A DNA stretch of 64,000 nucleotides from positions 5,734,600 through 5,798,599 of the forward strand of contig NC_134036.1 in NCBI RefSeq assembly GCF_964204645.1. The letters run 5' to 3'. Source of the stretch: Tubulanus polymorphus. Lineage: Eukaryota > Animalia > Nemertea. Position 1 is the stretch's first letter. Each line of letters starts with the position of its first letter. The notes below the pieces were generated by a model, which ran no database searches, had not been told where the DNA came from, and saw nothing but the letters and a program-made list of their open reading frames with translations. A program made the translations under genes and the position numbers. Shown here in pieces: positions 1 through 12,700 of the stretch.

Positions 1-1344
1 GGACAGACGAGGTCGGTGGATAGTTTATCGCATTTTTCGTTGACCCAGCCACGCTGTACGGCTGGGTTACCGTACACGAGCGCGTACGCTTTCACGTCCT
101 TGGTGACGACGGCGCCGGCTCCGATCATCGCGTACCGGCCGATGCGCACGCCGCACACGACCGTTGCGTTGGCGCCGATCGTCGCGCCGCGCTCTACGAC
201 TGTCGATTCGGGTTTCCAGTCTCTTTTTTCGGCACGGGGATGGCGATTATTGGTGAATGTGCACGACGGGCCGCAGAATACTCCGTCCGCTAGCGTCACG
301 TAGCGGCAGACGCTGACGTTATTCTGCAGTTTGCAACCGCGCCCGATTGTGACGCCCGCATCGATGTACACGTTCTGACCTAGTTGACAGTCGGGACCAA
401 TAACAGCGCCGGACCTTACTTGCGAATACAGCCAGATTTTTGTGCCCGATCCGATTTTACAGCCTGGTTCCAATACGGACGTCTCGTGCACGAAGTAATC
501 GTGTTTGCTTTCCATTCGTAAATCCTGGACTCGAACCCGATGACGGAAAACATCTCGTCTTTCATAACAAGTGACGTTATCGAAGTTACCTTCGTCGAAT
601 TGGGCCCGATTCAAATATTCGTCGATTAGGCGCCAAGAACCGTCCGATTCGAGAGACTCGTGCGCCAGTTCCAAGAGGCACAATACATCGATGCCGAGAT
701 CGTCCGGCGCACACGACTCCGTGCTTCCGTCGCCATAAGACACGATCGCCTTCGCGAAAGCGGAGTGCTCCGATTTCAAAGGCTCCTCTACGCAGCAGGG
801 GACGAAAAAACCACCATCGCTAGCGTCTGGAGTACCGGTCAACGAAAATCTCACAGCGTCTACGTCGGAGTCGGTCGGGTAGAATTTTAGTTTTTTGCTC
901 CAAGGCTGCCCGTCGTCAAACACAAACGCGCCTGCCTTACCGTTGACCACGATTTTGTGTCCCTTGACTGGATAATCCCAAATCATCGTCGACGTGGTTT
1001 TCAGGCCGGTGCCGTCGCCGAACTCCATACGAATATCGACCTCTTGCGAGAGGCCCCTTGTCGTTTGACCGACCGCTCTGAGTCGCAGGGGCATGCGACC
1101 GCCGGCTACGGCCAGTATGACGTCGATATCGTGCGGTTCCATACGCCAGTCAACACGATCGGTCGTGTCCGAGCGGTACCAGTAGGTTCGCACGGTCGTC
1201 ACGTCACCGATCGCGCCGCTCGAGATCGACCGCAACATCGCCTGTACGGCGTTGTGGTGTAGCATCTGATGCCCAGTCGTTACCAGCAGACGGCGTGAGT
1301 CGGCTCGACGCACCAGTCTCCTCGCTTGCGCGTACGACAGAGTC

Positions 1345-1376
<32 letters not shown>

Positions 1377-1622
1377 TCGTAACGCCTGTTCGGCCAGGTC
1401 GTAATGGCTGCGGTCAGGCGTGGCGATGACCACAGCGTCGACGGAATCATCGGCGAGCATCTCGTCCAGGCTGTAAACGGCGACGCCCGGGTGTGTTCGG
1501 CGAAATGACGCGACGGTCGCAACGTCCCCGTCGCATACGCCGGCCAGCGAGCCGCGCTCGATCAAAACCCGCACGTGGTTCTTACCACAGTAGCCGCAAC
1601 CTATCACTCCTATTCTCAACAT
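1..1622 (-). CDS. Trifunctional WbpB/WbpD/(WbpE)-like fusion, copy 1 (divergent paralogue; runs off the window edge)
   Basis: ATG at 1622 (MLRIGVIGCGYCGKNH). No stop was found in the stretches I translated. The segment is collinear with copy 2 apart from a 6-nt in-frame deletion. It contains the Rossmann GCGYCG, EKP and PHDID motifs, hexapeptide repeats, GPSCTFTN and GNPA. It is presumably absent from the ORF track because no stop codon lies inside the window. Putative 5'UTR intron 1961(GTAAGT)-1636(TTTCAG). Confidence 0.85.
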
Positions 1623-3375
1623 TTCGCTTCTTTGCCTGAAATAGTACGATGATGAAATATACAATATCCGCATGTCATGGATTTTCCTCGTAGAATTAAA
1701 ACGGGCTCATTATCTAGTGAGTGGGATACGGCGCCGACGACGTTCTTTTCGCGCGCAGTGCTGAGCGACGAACAAAGTTCGCACGAATCGAGTTGGCCGC
1801 TAACGCTGCGCGGGTAACACTCCAAATCCCGTCTTGAGATTGAGCGAACTCGCAGTTAGGCTGGGTATCGACGATGCGAAAGACATAAAGCGAAATGAAA
1901 CGGGATGTTACAAATTAGCCTGAAATGTACCCCTGTTTTTACTATTTCGACGTTTACTTACATATCCTCGAACTAGACGATCAATGCCTGTGTACGATGC
2001 GCGTATTGTGGCTGCGCTTATATTCACTATGAAAATGAATATATGCACAGCCGCATTATGCGATTCGAGTTAAAAACGAATAAATCATGAGGTTTTACTA
2101 TCGCTCTCGGCTGCGTCTAAATCATCGTTTTAGGTCAATCGAGCAATTCGGATACGAAATTACTAGCAATTCTATAGCATGATTTTATTTCCCGACGACG
2201 AAACGAAGGCCTTGTGATGACGGTAATTGATAGATATGATATGGTATGATATGATTCGTTTCCGAGTAAAATTTTACAGAATCAATGAATAAGCAAATAC
2301 GTTGAAAATGTTATAATATCAAAAGAAGGTCTGCTTTGAGCAACAGTTAGCTTATACAAGAAAACAGCCCTAGAAAAGAGTGAGAAAAATATATAATTAC
2401 GGATCATTATATAACGTATCGACATACATCCGAGGAATTTCGGTAGGTAGCCGCGCATGCGCAATGGTTTCAACCGCATCGATACGGTCAGACGAGAAGG
2501 CGTTTCATCCAATGCTATTTTCATAGCGTAAGGCGTCGCGACCGCCTGATACTGATCTTTAACCACCGATCATTTATCGAACATTATAGCGGATAAATAA
2601 AAAAATATCCACACGAGGTCAGCGGTATTTACGCGACATTTTGAATTCAGTTCATATATAGCGCCATTCTCGCGCGAGATTATCAACCACCGGGAAATGA
2701 AATCCAAGCCAGTTTACAAGCCCCTTGCGATATAAGAAACCACCCAAACCACCAATTAGACTTTGTCTGGCGGAACTCGATTATCCGGCTCCGTTCAGGC
2801 CTGAAAGTAAGTCACAAGTAAATCATAATTTTGTCACCAAGAAGATAGATTTGTATAAAAAGGCTCAAATTCTGCATGTTCTGCGGAGTAAGAACAAGCT
2901 CTCTGTCGAAAAAATACTGTTAGCTGCCGCGAAACGAAATAAATATAAAGATGCTGAAATTGTAAACGAAATTGATATATTCCAAATACTACTCGTCCAA
3001 CGACGTACTTTAACGGTTGAAACTGTAAGTACTTCTAAGGGAGTGATGTTATATCGTATTGGTGATCATGATCGACGCATCGATAGAATGGATGATCACG
3101 AGTGTACTAGATGTGGTTCTGGGTTCAGCTTGAGTGTATGGACTATACAACGCGCCGGGAAGCTAGATACACCGGTTTTTGTCTTTAGTTCCAACTAGTC
3201 GCGGATTTTACTTCAGTCCAGAAATGTTTCAATCAGAACCGTAACTAACGCCTAATCTGGGAGTCGATATAAATTCAGTAAAAATATGCCACAATATGTG
3301 AATATTGTGTATTTAAAGATATACTTCGGTGTGTAAATAAAGCTAAAAAATCGCTTCGCTTTTAATGATTTTGAT

Positions 3376-6300
3376 TTACTTTCGTAGGGATTCAACGAGG
3401 GCTCCGGCGACGCGTTCGACCTCGTCGCGGCGCAGGTAACCATGAACGGGCAGGCTGAGTATACGCGGTTGAATTGCGTCGCTGACCGTCAACTCCGGTC
3501 GCAAGTAGTCGGCGAAGGCGGGCAGTTCGTGCAGCGGTCCCGGCTCGTAGTAGACGTTCGTTTGTATCCGGTGCCGCCGATGAAGATCGTCAACGACGCG
3601 GCCGCGGTCGCAGTCGGCCGGTAAGACGACCGTGTACGCCGTCCACGAGGACGACACGCCGGCAGGTAGCGTCGGGGTCGCAACGCCGTGCGGCGATAGC
3701 AGCCCGCAATATCGCTCGGCGACGCGACGCCGCGATTCGATTTCGTCGGGGAATATTTTCAGTTTTTCTAGCAGTACGGCCGCTTGTACGGTATCTAAAC
3801 GACTGTTCATGCCGACTCGTTCGATGTGGTATTTGTGGCGCGGACTGCGGCCGTGAGCGCGCAGACTCCTGACCGCGGCCGCTAACTCGTCGCTGTTGGT
3901 GAATACGGCTCCGCCATCTCCGTAACATCCTAAATAGGAACAGAAATATCGGAATACGTTATTATCGAATGGGTTATACTGCAGTAATATAGAATCCCAC
4001 TTGTGGCAAGCGAGGATCCGCCAGGTTCGCTAGTAGTTATTCGGTCCTCCACGCTCATTTTGTTCTATATTTCAATAGGCCAAGACGAAAATAAAGAACC
4101 TTTCTCCAAGAAAATTAAGTTAACAACAAAAGAATCTTCCACTAATATCAATGAATTATATACGCCAAACCGACGAATAAGTAGAAAATAATTGTAATTA
4201 TATATTAGGCGGGTCCTTTGAAAATGCATGGATTCGGGAGAATGTTTGATGCAACTAATTTCTATAACGATTGTTGAAATTGAATGCTCGTAACGCCATC
4301 TGGCGGGATAGCTTGTGTGGCCGTCCCCCAAATCGGCTGAAATTAACACACGTCATACCTAGAGCTTTCGCCGGGTAGAAACTGGTCGTCGTTATTTCGC
4401 ACAGGTTTCCCACTTTCACGCCGTTGCGCTCGGCGCCGAAACTTTGCGCGGCGTCGGCCACGACCCACAGGTCGTTGACTCGAGCGACGGCGTCGATCGC
4501 GTCGTAGTCGGCCGGCTGGCCGTACAGGTCGACCGCCACGACGCCGGTAGGTCGCAGCCCGTTGCGTGTGGCCAACTCGATTGCTGAAACAAAAGAAAAG
4601 ATTTTAGATCTAGATGGAAATGTTGTATCAAATATGCCATATGAAATAAATGCGATGAATCAAAATAGCAGCCAATTATCTGTTAGTTTGAACAGGATTT
4701 TATTGCGAGTATCAAAACAGTTTTAAAAAGTGCTCAATTAGATAATAATTCGTTTTTTAAGGGACCTTTAAGTGCTGATAGTGTTTTTTTAGCGTTCATC
4801 TCCAAAGGTTCTTCACCGCTCTTTATTCCGAATACATGATTCATTTTCTAGCTGTTCGCTTGCATTTTATCCTCCTAAAAATAACGTCATTTACCTTTTA
4901 AGAGACTCTTCTCGTCCATGTTGAACGTGTCTCGATGAACGTCGACGAACACGGGCGTCGCGCCGGTCGTTACGACCGCTTCGACCGTGGCGCAGAACGT
5001 GTTCGCCGGCACGAACACCGCCTGGTGCGGTCGCGTGGCGCCCTTCGCCGTCAGAGCCAGGCGCAGCGCGTCGGTGCCGCTGGCGCAGGTCACCGCGTGT
5101 TTACAACCGCAGAATCGAGACAACTCGCCTTCCAGCAGAGCGACGTCCGGACCGAATACGAACTGACAGCTATCGATTACGGATATGACGCGTGATTTAA
5201 GGGATTTTTCGATCGCTTTCAGTTGCCGTTCCAAACCGGCGAACGTGATTGGAGCCGGTGAAATATCGCCATCGGCAGAAGCAGTCGGAGTTTCGAGCCG
5301 AGGGTTATGGCTGATTCGATTCGTATCTTCTTGGTTGAGCAGTGATTCGCAGTTGGTTTCCTTGTTACTTGAATCCTCGGAGAATCGAAACCCATCGCAT
5401 ATATCTATGACCCTAACAGTCTTGTTGGGTTCGGGGTGAATGGCGTTTTCCTTGTCGGTTGCTGCCGAAGACGGCTGAAAACTATCATCGAGTTGGTCCC
5501 CATCCGACGCCGCCAGATAGAGCCACGATTTGCGGTTGGTTTCCCCGTCGGTTGTCTCCGGCAAAAGTCGAAGCCTCTCGTCGACGTCACCGTCATCCTT
5601 TGCTCGTGGAAATCCCGGAGTTACTTCGACTCCGGCGACGCTTGCTGCCGGTACGAGCCGTCCGCTACCGTCCACGACGAATCGTTTACCGGTGCGAGGA
5701 CAGACGAGGTCAGCGGTTAGTTTATCGCGTTTGTCGTTGACCCAGCCGCGCTGTACGGCCGGGTTACCGTACACGAGCGCGAACGCTTTCACGTCCTTGG
5801 TGACGACGGCGCCGGCTCCGATCATCGCGTACCGGCCGATGCGCACGCCGCAGACGACCGTCGCGTTGGCACCGATCGTCGCACCGCACTCGACGACTGC
5901 CGATGCGGGTTTCCAGTTTTTCAGTTCGGCACGCGGGTGGCGGTCGTTGGTGAACGTACACGACGGGCCGCAGAATACGCCGTCCGCTAGCGTCACGTAG
6001 CGGCAGACGCTGATGTTATTCTGCAATTTGCAACCGCGCCCGATTGTGACGCCCGCATCGACGAACACGTTCAGACCTAGTTGGCAGTCGGGACCTATAA
6101 CGGCGTCGGGCATTACGTGCGAATAAAGCCAGATTTTTGTACCCGACCCGATTTTACAGCCCGGTTCCAACACGGACGTGTCGTGAACGAAGTAATCGTA
6201 TTTGCTTTTGATTCGTAAATCCGGGACTCGAACCCGGTGTCTGCCATTATTTCGTCTTTCGATTCCATTTACGCCATCGTCATTACCTTCATCCAATTGG

Positions 6301-7047
6301 TTGAAATCTAAATATTCGTCGACCAAGCGCCAGGAACCGTCCGATTCGAGAGACTCGTGCGCCAGTTCCAAGAGGCAAACGACATCGGCGCCGAGGTCGT
6401 CCGGCGCACACGACTCCGTGCTACCGTCGCCATAAGACGCGATCGCCTTCGCGAAAGCGGAGTGCTCCGATTTTAACGGCTCCTCTTCGCAGCACGGGAC
6501 GAAGAAGCCGCCGTCGCTAGCGTCTGGAGTCCCGGTCATGGAAAATCTGGCGGCACCCACGTCCGAGTCGGTCGGGTAGAATTTTAGTTTCTTGCTCCAA
6601 GGCTGACCGTCGTCAAAGACAAACGCGCCTGCCGTACCGTTGACGACGATTTTGTGTTCCTTGACCGGATAATCCCAAATCATCGTCGACGTGGTTTTCA
6701 GGCCGGTGCCGTCGCCGAACTCCATACGAATATCGACCTCTTGTGAGAGGCCCTTCGTCGCCTGGCCGATCGCTCTGAGTCGCCAGGGCATGCGACCACC
6801 GGCTACGGCCAGTATGACCGCGATGTCGTGCGGTCCTAGATCCCAGTGAACGTGACAGGTCGCGTACGAGCGGCCGCGATGCCGTCGAGTTCGTACGGTC
6901 GTCACGTCACCGATCGCGCCGCACGAGATCGACCGCAACATCGCCCGTACGGCGTTGTGGTGTTGCATCTGATGCCCGGTCGTTATCAGCAGACGGCATG
7001 CGTCGGCTAGACGCACCAATCTCCTCGCTTGCGCGTACGACTGGGTC

Positions 7048-7079
<32 letters not shown>

Positions 7080-7325
7080 TCGTAACGCCTGTTCGGCCAG
7101 GTCGTAATGGCTGGGTTCGGGCGTGGAGATGACCACAGCGTCGACGGATTCGTGGGCGAGCATCTCGTCCAGGCTGTAGACGGCGACGCCCGGGTGTGTC
7201 CGGCGAACTGACGCGACGGCCGCGGGATCCGCGTCGCATACGCCGGCCAGCGAGCCGCGCTCGATTAAAACCCGCACGTGGTTCTTACCCCAGTAGCCGC
7301 AACCTATCACTCCTATTCTCAACAT
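3376..7325 (-). CDS. Trifunctional fusion, copy 2: Gfo/Idh/MocA sugar 3-dehydrogenase + LbH N-acetyltransferase + DegT/DnrJ aminotransferase (WlbA-WlbB-WlbC / WbpB-WbpD-WbpE-like), 1069 aa
   Basis: Exons 7325-4895, 4583-4359, 3929-3376 (2431+225+554=3210 nt). Two phase-1 GT-AG introns of 311 and 429 bp. Splicing restores SLLK-A-IELATRNG and SFYPAKAL-G-CYGDGGAVF. Motifs: GCGYWG, EKP (K91), WDLGPHD (H166); LbH aa ~378-557 with GPSCTFTND, IGANATVVCG, GNPA, CPRTG; DegT aa ~693-1069 with SGTDAL, DAAQSFG, PLP Lys883, NSRLDTVQAA, LSLP. Confidence 0.93.
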
Positions 7326-7338
7326 TTCGCTTCTTTGC

Positions 7339-7635
7339 CTGAAATAATACGACGAAGAAATATCGGTTAATAACGTCCGCGTATTATATTATTTATCTCC
7401 CTCGTAGTATTAAAACGGGCTCATTATCTGGTGAGTGGGATACAGCGTCGATGATGTTCTATTCGCAAGCAGTGCTGAGTTCCAACGAATATAGTCGGCC
7501 ACTGATAATGTTCGGGCCACGTTTCGAATCCTTCATCTAAAGACGGAACCCAAAAATGGCGCCTGGAAACTGTTAAAAGGCTTATTACCATGAATTCTAT
7601 CGCTGGTTTTACTATTTCGACATTTACTTACTTAC
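7339..7635 (-). other. Putative 5'UTR intron of fusion gene copy 2
   Basis: Donor GGG|GTAAGT at 7635 and acceptor TATTTCAG|G at 7339, 13 nt upstream of the ATG. Equivalent sites are conserved in copy 1 (1961/1636) and copy 3 (13926/13676). Confidence 0.65.
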
Positions 7636-9707
7636 CCCGGAACTATAGACGAAAGGAATCTCCGTGTACGATGCGCGTATTAGTGATTATTCATTCGATC
7701 CACACATGTGGCAGGGTATACATTCGTTATGATTCTTTTAAACCCCTGCGTCGTTTATCATAATTATTAGGTCGAGCAGATCGGATACGTAATTATCAGC
7801 GTTTTTTTTTTGGTATAAACATTTTCCCGGTGACATACCGAAGTCCGTTCGATCTACGAGCAATTATCTCAATTGGTTCGACTAGGTTAATCGTTCGGAT
7901 AATAGATGAATACGATCGTTTTATTTAATGATGTCGAAATTCAAAATTTCGGGATCAAAAGTTCATACGATTTATATGTTTATATTTATCAGATACGCGT
8001 GACTGATCTGCGGCTGAAGTCTGACCTGAGAAAGTTCATTCAGTTTAGTGCCAGAAAACTAGAACAGAACCGAAGGAAAATGAAAAAATGGTCGTTGATG
8101 ATATCCGATATTGGCGTTCAGCCTTTCAATACGCGTGCATTTACAGAAACGCGCGCGCTCCGTCTTATGCACATCTGGGTACGATTAAAATTTAAAAAAT
8201 ACGTTCGGCGTCGCTGTTAAAAAGTGATTTAACCGAAAATCCCCGATCGGACCGGTGATAAAAACTGGAGTGATTAAGCGAATTGAATAGATTGTTGTGA
8301 GACAATCGATATTCGTATATATATATATATATCTTCGATGAAATATAATCGACGCATTGTGGGTGCTCGAAGAGCGGTGGTTGGTATGAGTCTATCGCTG
8401 AGTATGAGACTATCGCTCTCGGCTGCGTCTAAATCATCGTTTTAGGTCAATCGAGCAATTCGGATACGAAATTACTAGCAATTCTATGTTATGATTTTAT
8501 TTCCCGACGACGAAACGAAGGCCTTATGATGACGGTAATTGTTAGATAGATATGTTATGGTATGATATGATTCGTTACCGAGTAAAATTTTACAGAATTA
8601 ATGAATAAGCAAATACGTTGAAAATGTTATAATATCAAATGAAGGTCTGCTTTGAGCAACAGTTAGCTTATACAAGAAAACAGCCCTATAAAAAAAGAGT
8701 GAGAAAAATATATAATTACGGATCATTATATAACGTATCGACATACATCCGAGGAATTTCGGTAGGTAGCCGCGCATGCGCAATGGTTTCAACCGCATCG
8801 ATACGGTCAGACGAGAAGGCGTTTCATCCAATGCTATTTTCATAGCGTAAGGCGTCGCGACCGCCTGATACTGATCTTTAACCACCGATCGTTTATCGAA
8901 CATTATAGCGGATAAATAAAAAAATATCCACACGAGGTCAGCGGTATTTACGCGACATTTTGAATTCAGTTCATATATAGCGCCATTCTCGCGCGAGATT
9001 ATCAACCACCGGGAAATGAAATCCAAGCCAGTTTACAAGCCCCTTGCGATATAAGAAACCACCCAAACCACCAATTAGACTTTGTCTGGCGGAACTCGAT
9101 TATCCGGCTCCGTTCAGGCCTGAAAGTAAGTCACAAGTAAATCATAATTTTGTCACCAAGAAGATAGATTTGTATAAAAAGGCTCAAATTCTGCATGTTC
9201 TGCGGAGTAAGAACAAGCTCTCTGTCGAAAAAATACTGTTAGCTGCCGCGAAACGAAATAAATATAAAGATGCTGAAATTGTAAACGAAATTGATATAAT
9301 TCCAAATACTACTCGTCCAACGACGAACTTTAACGGTTGATACTGTAAGTGCTTCTAAGGGAGTGATGTTATATCGTATTGGTGATCATGATCGACGCAT
9401 CGATAGAATGGATGATCACGAGTGTACTAGATGTGGTTCTGGGTTCAGCTTGAGTGTATGGACTAAACAACGCGCCGGGAAGCTAGACACACCGGTTATT
9501 GTCTCGTTTTTGTCTTTTAGTTCCAACTAGTCGCGGATTTTAATTCAGTCCAGAAATGTTTCAATCAGAACCGTAACTAACGCCTAATCTGGGAGTCGAT
9601 ATAAATTCAGTAAAGATATGCCACAATATGTGAATATTGTGTATTTAAAGATATACTTCGGTGTGTAAATAAAGCTAAAAAATCGCTTCGCTTTTAATGT
9701 TTTTGAT

Positions 9708-12700
9708 TTACTTTCGTAGGGATTCGACAAGGGCTCCGGCGACCCGTTTGACCTCGTCGCGGCGCAGGTAACCATGAACGGGCAGGCTGAGTATACGCGG
9801 TTGAATCGCGTCGCTGACCGTCAACTCCGGTCGCAAGTAGTCGGCGAAGGCGGGCAGTTCGTGCAGCGGTCCCGGCTTGTAGTAGACGTTCGTTTGTATC
9901 CGGTGCCGCCGATGAAGATCGTCGACGACGCGGCCGCGGTCGCAGTCGGCCGGTAAGACGACCGTGTACGCCGTCCACGAGGACGACACGCCGGCAGGTA
10001 GCGTCGGGGTCGCAACGCCGTGCGGCGATAGCAGCTCGCAATATCGCTCGGCGACGCGACGCCGCGATTCGATTTCGCCGGGGAATATTTTCAGTTTTTC
10101 TAGCAGTACGGCCGCTTGTACGGTATCTAAACGACTGTTCATGCCGACTCGTTCGATGTGGTATTTGTGGCGAGGACTGCGGCCGTGAGCGCGGAGACTC
10201 CTGACCGCGGCCGCTAACTCGTCGCTGTTGGTGAATACGGCTCCGCCATCTCCGTAACATCCTAAATAGGAACAGAAATATCGGAATACGTTATTATCGA
10301 ATGGGTTATACTGCAGTAATATAGAATCCCACTTGTGGCAAGCGAGGATCCGCCAGGTTCGCTAGTAGTTATTCGGTCCTCCACGCTCAGCTCATTTTGT
10401 TCTATATTTCAATAGGCCAAGACGAAAATAAAGAACCTTTCTCCAAGAAAATTAAGTTAACAACAAAACAATCTTCCACTAATATCAATGAATTATATAC
10501 GCCAAACCGACGAATAAGTAGAAAATAATTGTAATTATATATTAGGCGGGTCCTTTGAAAATGCCTGGATTCGGGAGAATGTTTGATGCAACTAATTTCT
10601 ATAACGATTGTTGAAATTGAATGCTCGTAACGCCATCTGGCGGGATAGCTTGTGTGGCCGTCCCCCAAACCGGCTGAAATTAACACACGTCATACCTAGA
10701 GCTTTCGCCGGGTAGAAACTGGTCGTCGTTATTTCGCACAGGTTTCCCACTTTCACGCCGTTGCGCTCGGCGCCGAAACTTTGCGCGGCGTCGGCCACGA
10801 CCCACAGGTCGTTGACTCGAGCGAAGGCGTCGATCGCGTCGTAGTCGGCCGGCTGGCCGTACAGGTCGACCGCCACGACGCCGGTAGGTCGCAGCCCGTT
10901 GCGTGTGGCCAACTCGATTGCTGAAATAAAAGAAAAGATTTTAGATCTAGATGGAAATGTTGTATCAAATATGCCATATGAAATAAATGCGATGAATCAA
11001 AATAGCAGCCAATTATCTGTTAGTTTGAACAGGATTTTATTGCGAGTATCAAAACAGTTTTAAAAAGTGCTCAATTAGATAATAATTCGTTTTTTAAGGG
11101 ACCTTTAAGTGCTGATAGTGTTTTTTTAGCGTTCATCTCCAAAGGTTCTTCACCGCTCTTTATTCCGAATACATGATTCATTTTCTAGCTGTTCGCTTGC
11201 ATTTTATCCTCCTAAAAATAACGTCATTTACCTTTTAGGAGACTCGTCTCGTCCATGTTGAACGTGTCTCGATGCACGTCGACGAACACGGGCGTCGCGC
11301 CGGTCGTTACGACCGCTTCGACAGTGGCGCAGAACGTGTTCGCCGGCACGAACACCGCCTGGTGAGGTCGCGTGGCGCCCTTCGCCGTCAGAGCCAGGCG
11401 CAGCGCGTCGGTGCCGCTGGCGCAGGTCACCGCGTGTTTACAACCGCAGAATCGAGACAACTCGCCTTCCAGCAGAGCGACGTCCGGACCGAATATGAAC
11501 TGACAGTTATCGATTACTGACATGACGCGGGACTTAAGGGATTTTTCGATTGCTTTCAGTTGCCGGTCCAAACCGGCGAACGTGATTGGAGCCGGTGAAA
11601 TATCGCCATCGGCAGAAGCAGTCGGAGTTTCGAGCCGAGGGTTATGGCTGATTCGATTCGTATCTTCTTGGTTGAGCAGTGATTCGCAGTTGGTTTCCTT
11701 GTTACTTGAATCCTCGGAGAATCGAAACCCATCGCATATATCTATGACACTCACAGTCTTGTTGGGATCGGGGTTAATGGCGTTTTCCTTGTCGGTTGCA
11801 GCCGAAGACGGCTGAAAACTATCATCGAGTTGGTCCCCATCCGACGCCGCCAGATAGAGCCACGATTTGCGGTTGGTTTCCCCGTCGGTTGTCTCCGGCA
11901 AAAGTCGAAGCCTCTCGTCGACGTCACCGTCATCCTTTGCTCGTGGAAATCCCGGAGTTACTTCGACTCCGGCGACGCTTGCTGCCGGTACGAGCCGTCC
12001 GCTACCGTCCACGACGAATCGTTTACCGGTGCGAGGACAGACGAGGTCGGCGGTTAGTTTATCGCGTTTGTCGTTGACCCAGCCGCGCTGTACGGCCGGG
12101 TTACCGTACACGAGCGCGAACGCTTTCACGTCCTTGGTGACGACGGCGCCGGCTCCGATCATCGCGTACCGGCCGATGCGCACGCCGCAGACGACCGTCG
12201 CGTTGGCACCGATCGTCGCACCGAGCTCGACGACTGTCGATTCGGGTTTCCAGTTTTTCAGTTCGGCACGCGGGCGGCGGTCGTTGGTGAACGTACACGA
12301 CGGGCCGCAGAATACGCCGTCCGCTAGCGTCACGTAGCGGCAGATGCTGACGTTATTCTGCAATTTGCAACCGCGTCCGATTGTGACGCCCGCATCGACG
12401 AACACGTTCTGACCTAGTTGGCAGTCCGGACCTATAACGGCGTCGGGCATTACGTGCGAATAAAGCCAGATTTTTGTACCCGACCCGATTTTACAGCCCG
12501 GTTCCAACACGGACGTCTCGTGAACGAAGTAATCGTTTTCGCTTTTGATTCGTAAATCCGGGACTCGAACCCGGTGTCTGCCACTATCTCGTCTTTCGAT
12601 TCCATTTACGCCATCGTCATTACCTTCATCCAATTGGTTGAAATCTAAATATTCGTCGACCAAGCGCCAGGAACCGTCTGATTCGAGAGACTCGTGCACC

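Noticed and set aside
2282-3198. ORFs in the spacer between fusion copies (and 8598-9340)
   Set aside because: They are disrupted differently in the two near-identical duplicates (stop, frameshift) and show no recognisable homology.
4935-6435. Many overlapping antisense or alternative-frame ORFs over the fusion exons (also at 11272-13576)
   Set aside because: These are shadow ORFs of GC-rich coding sequence with no recognisable motifs.
4887-7325. 812/822-aa ORFs as complete proteins, with 106-aa and 144-aa ORFs as separate genes or pseudogene pieces
   Set aside because: They are exons of one gene; the stops lie in introns just after GT donors.
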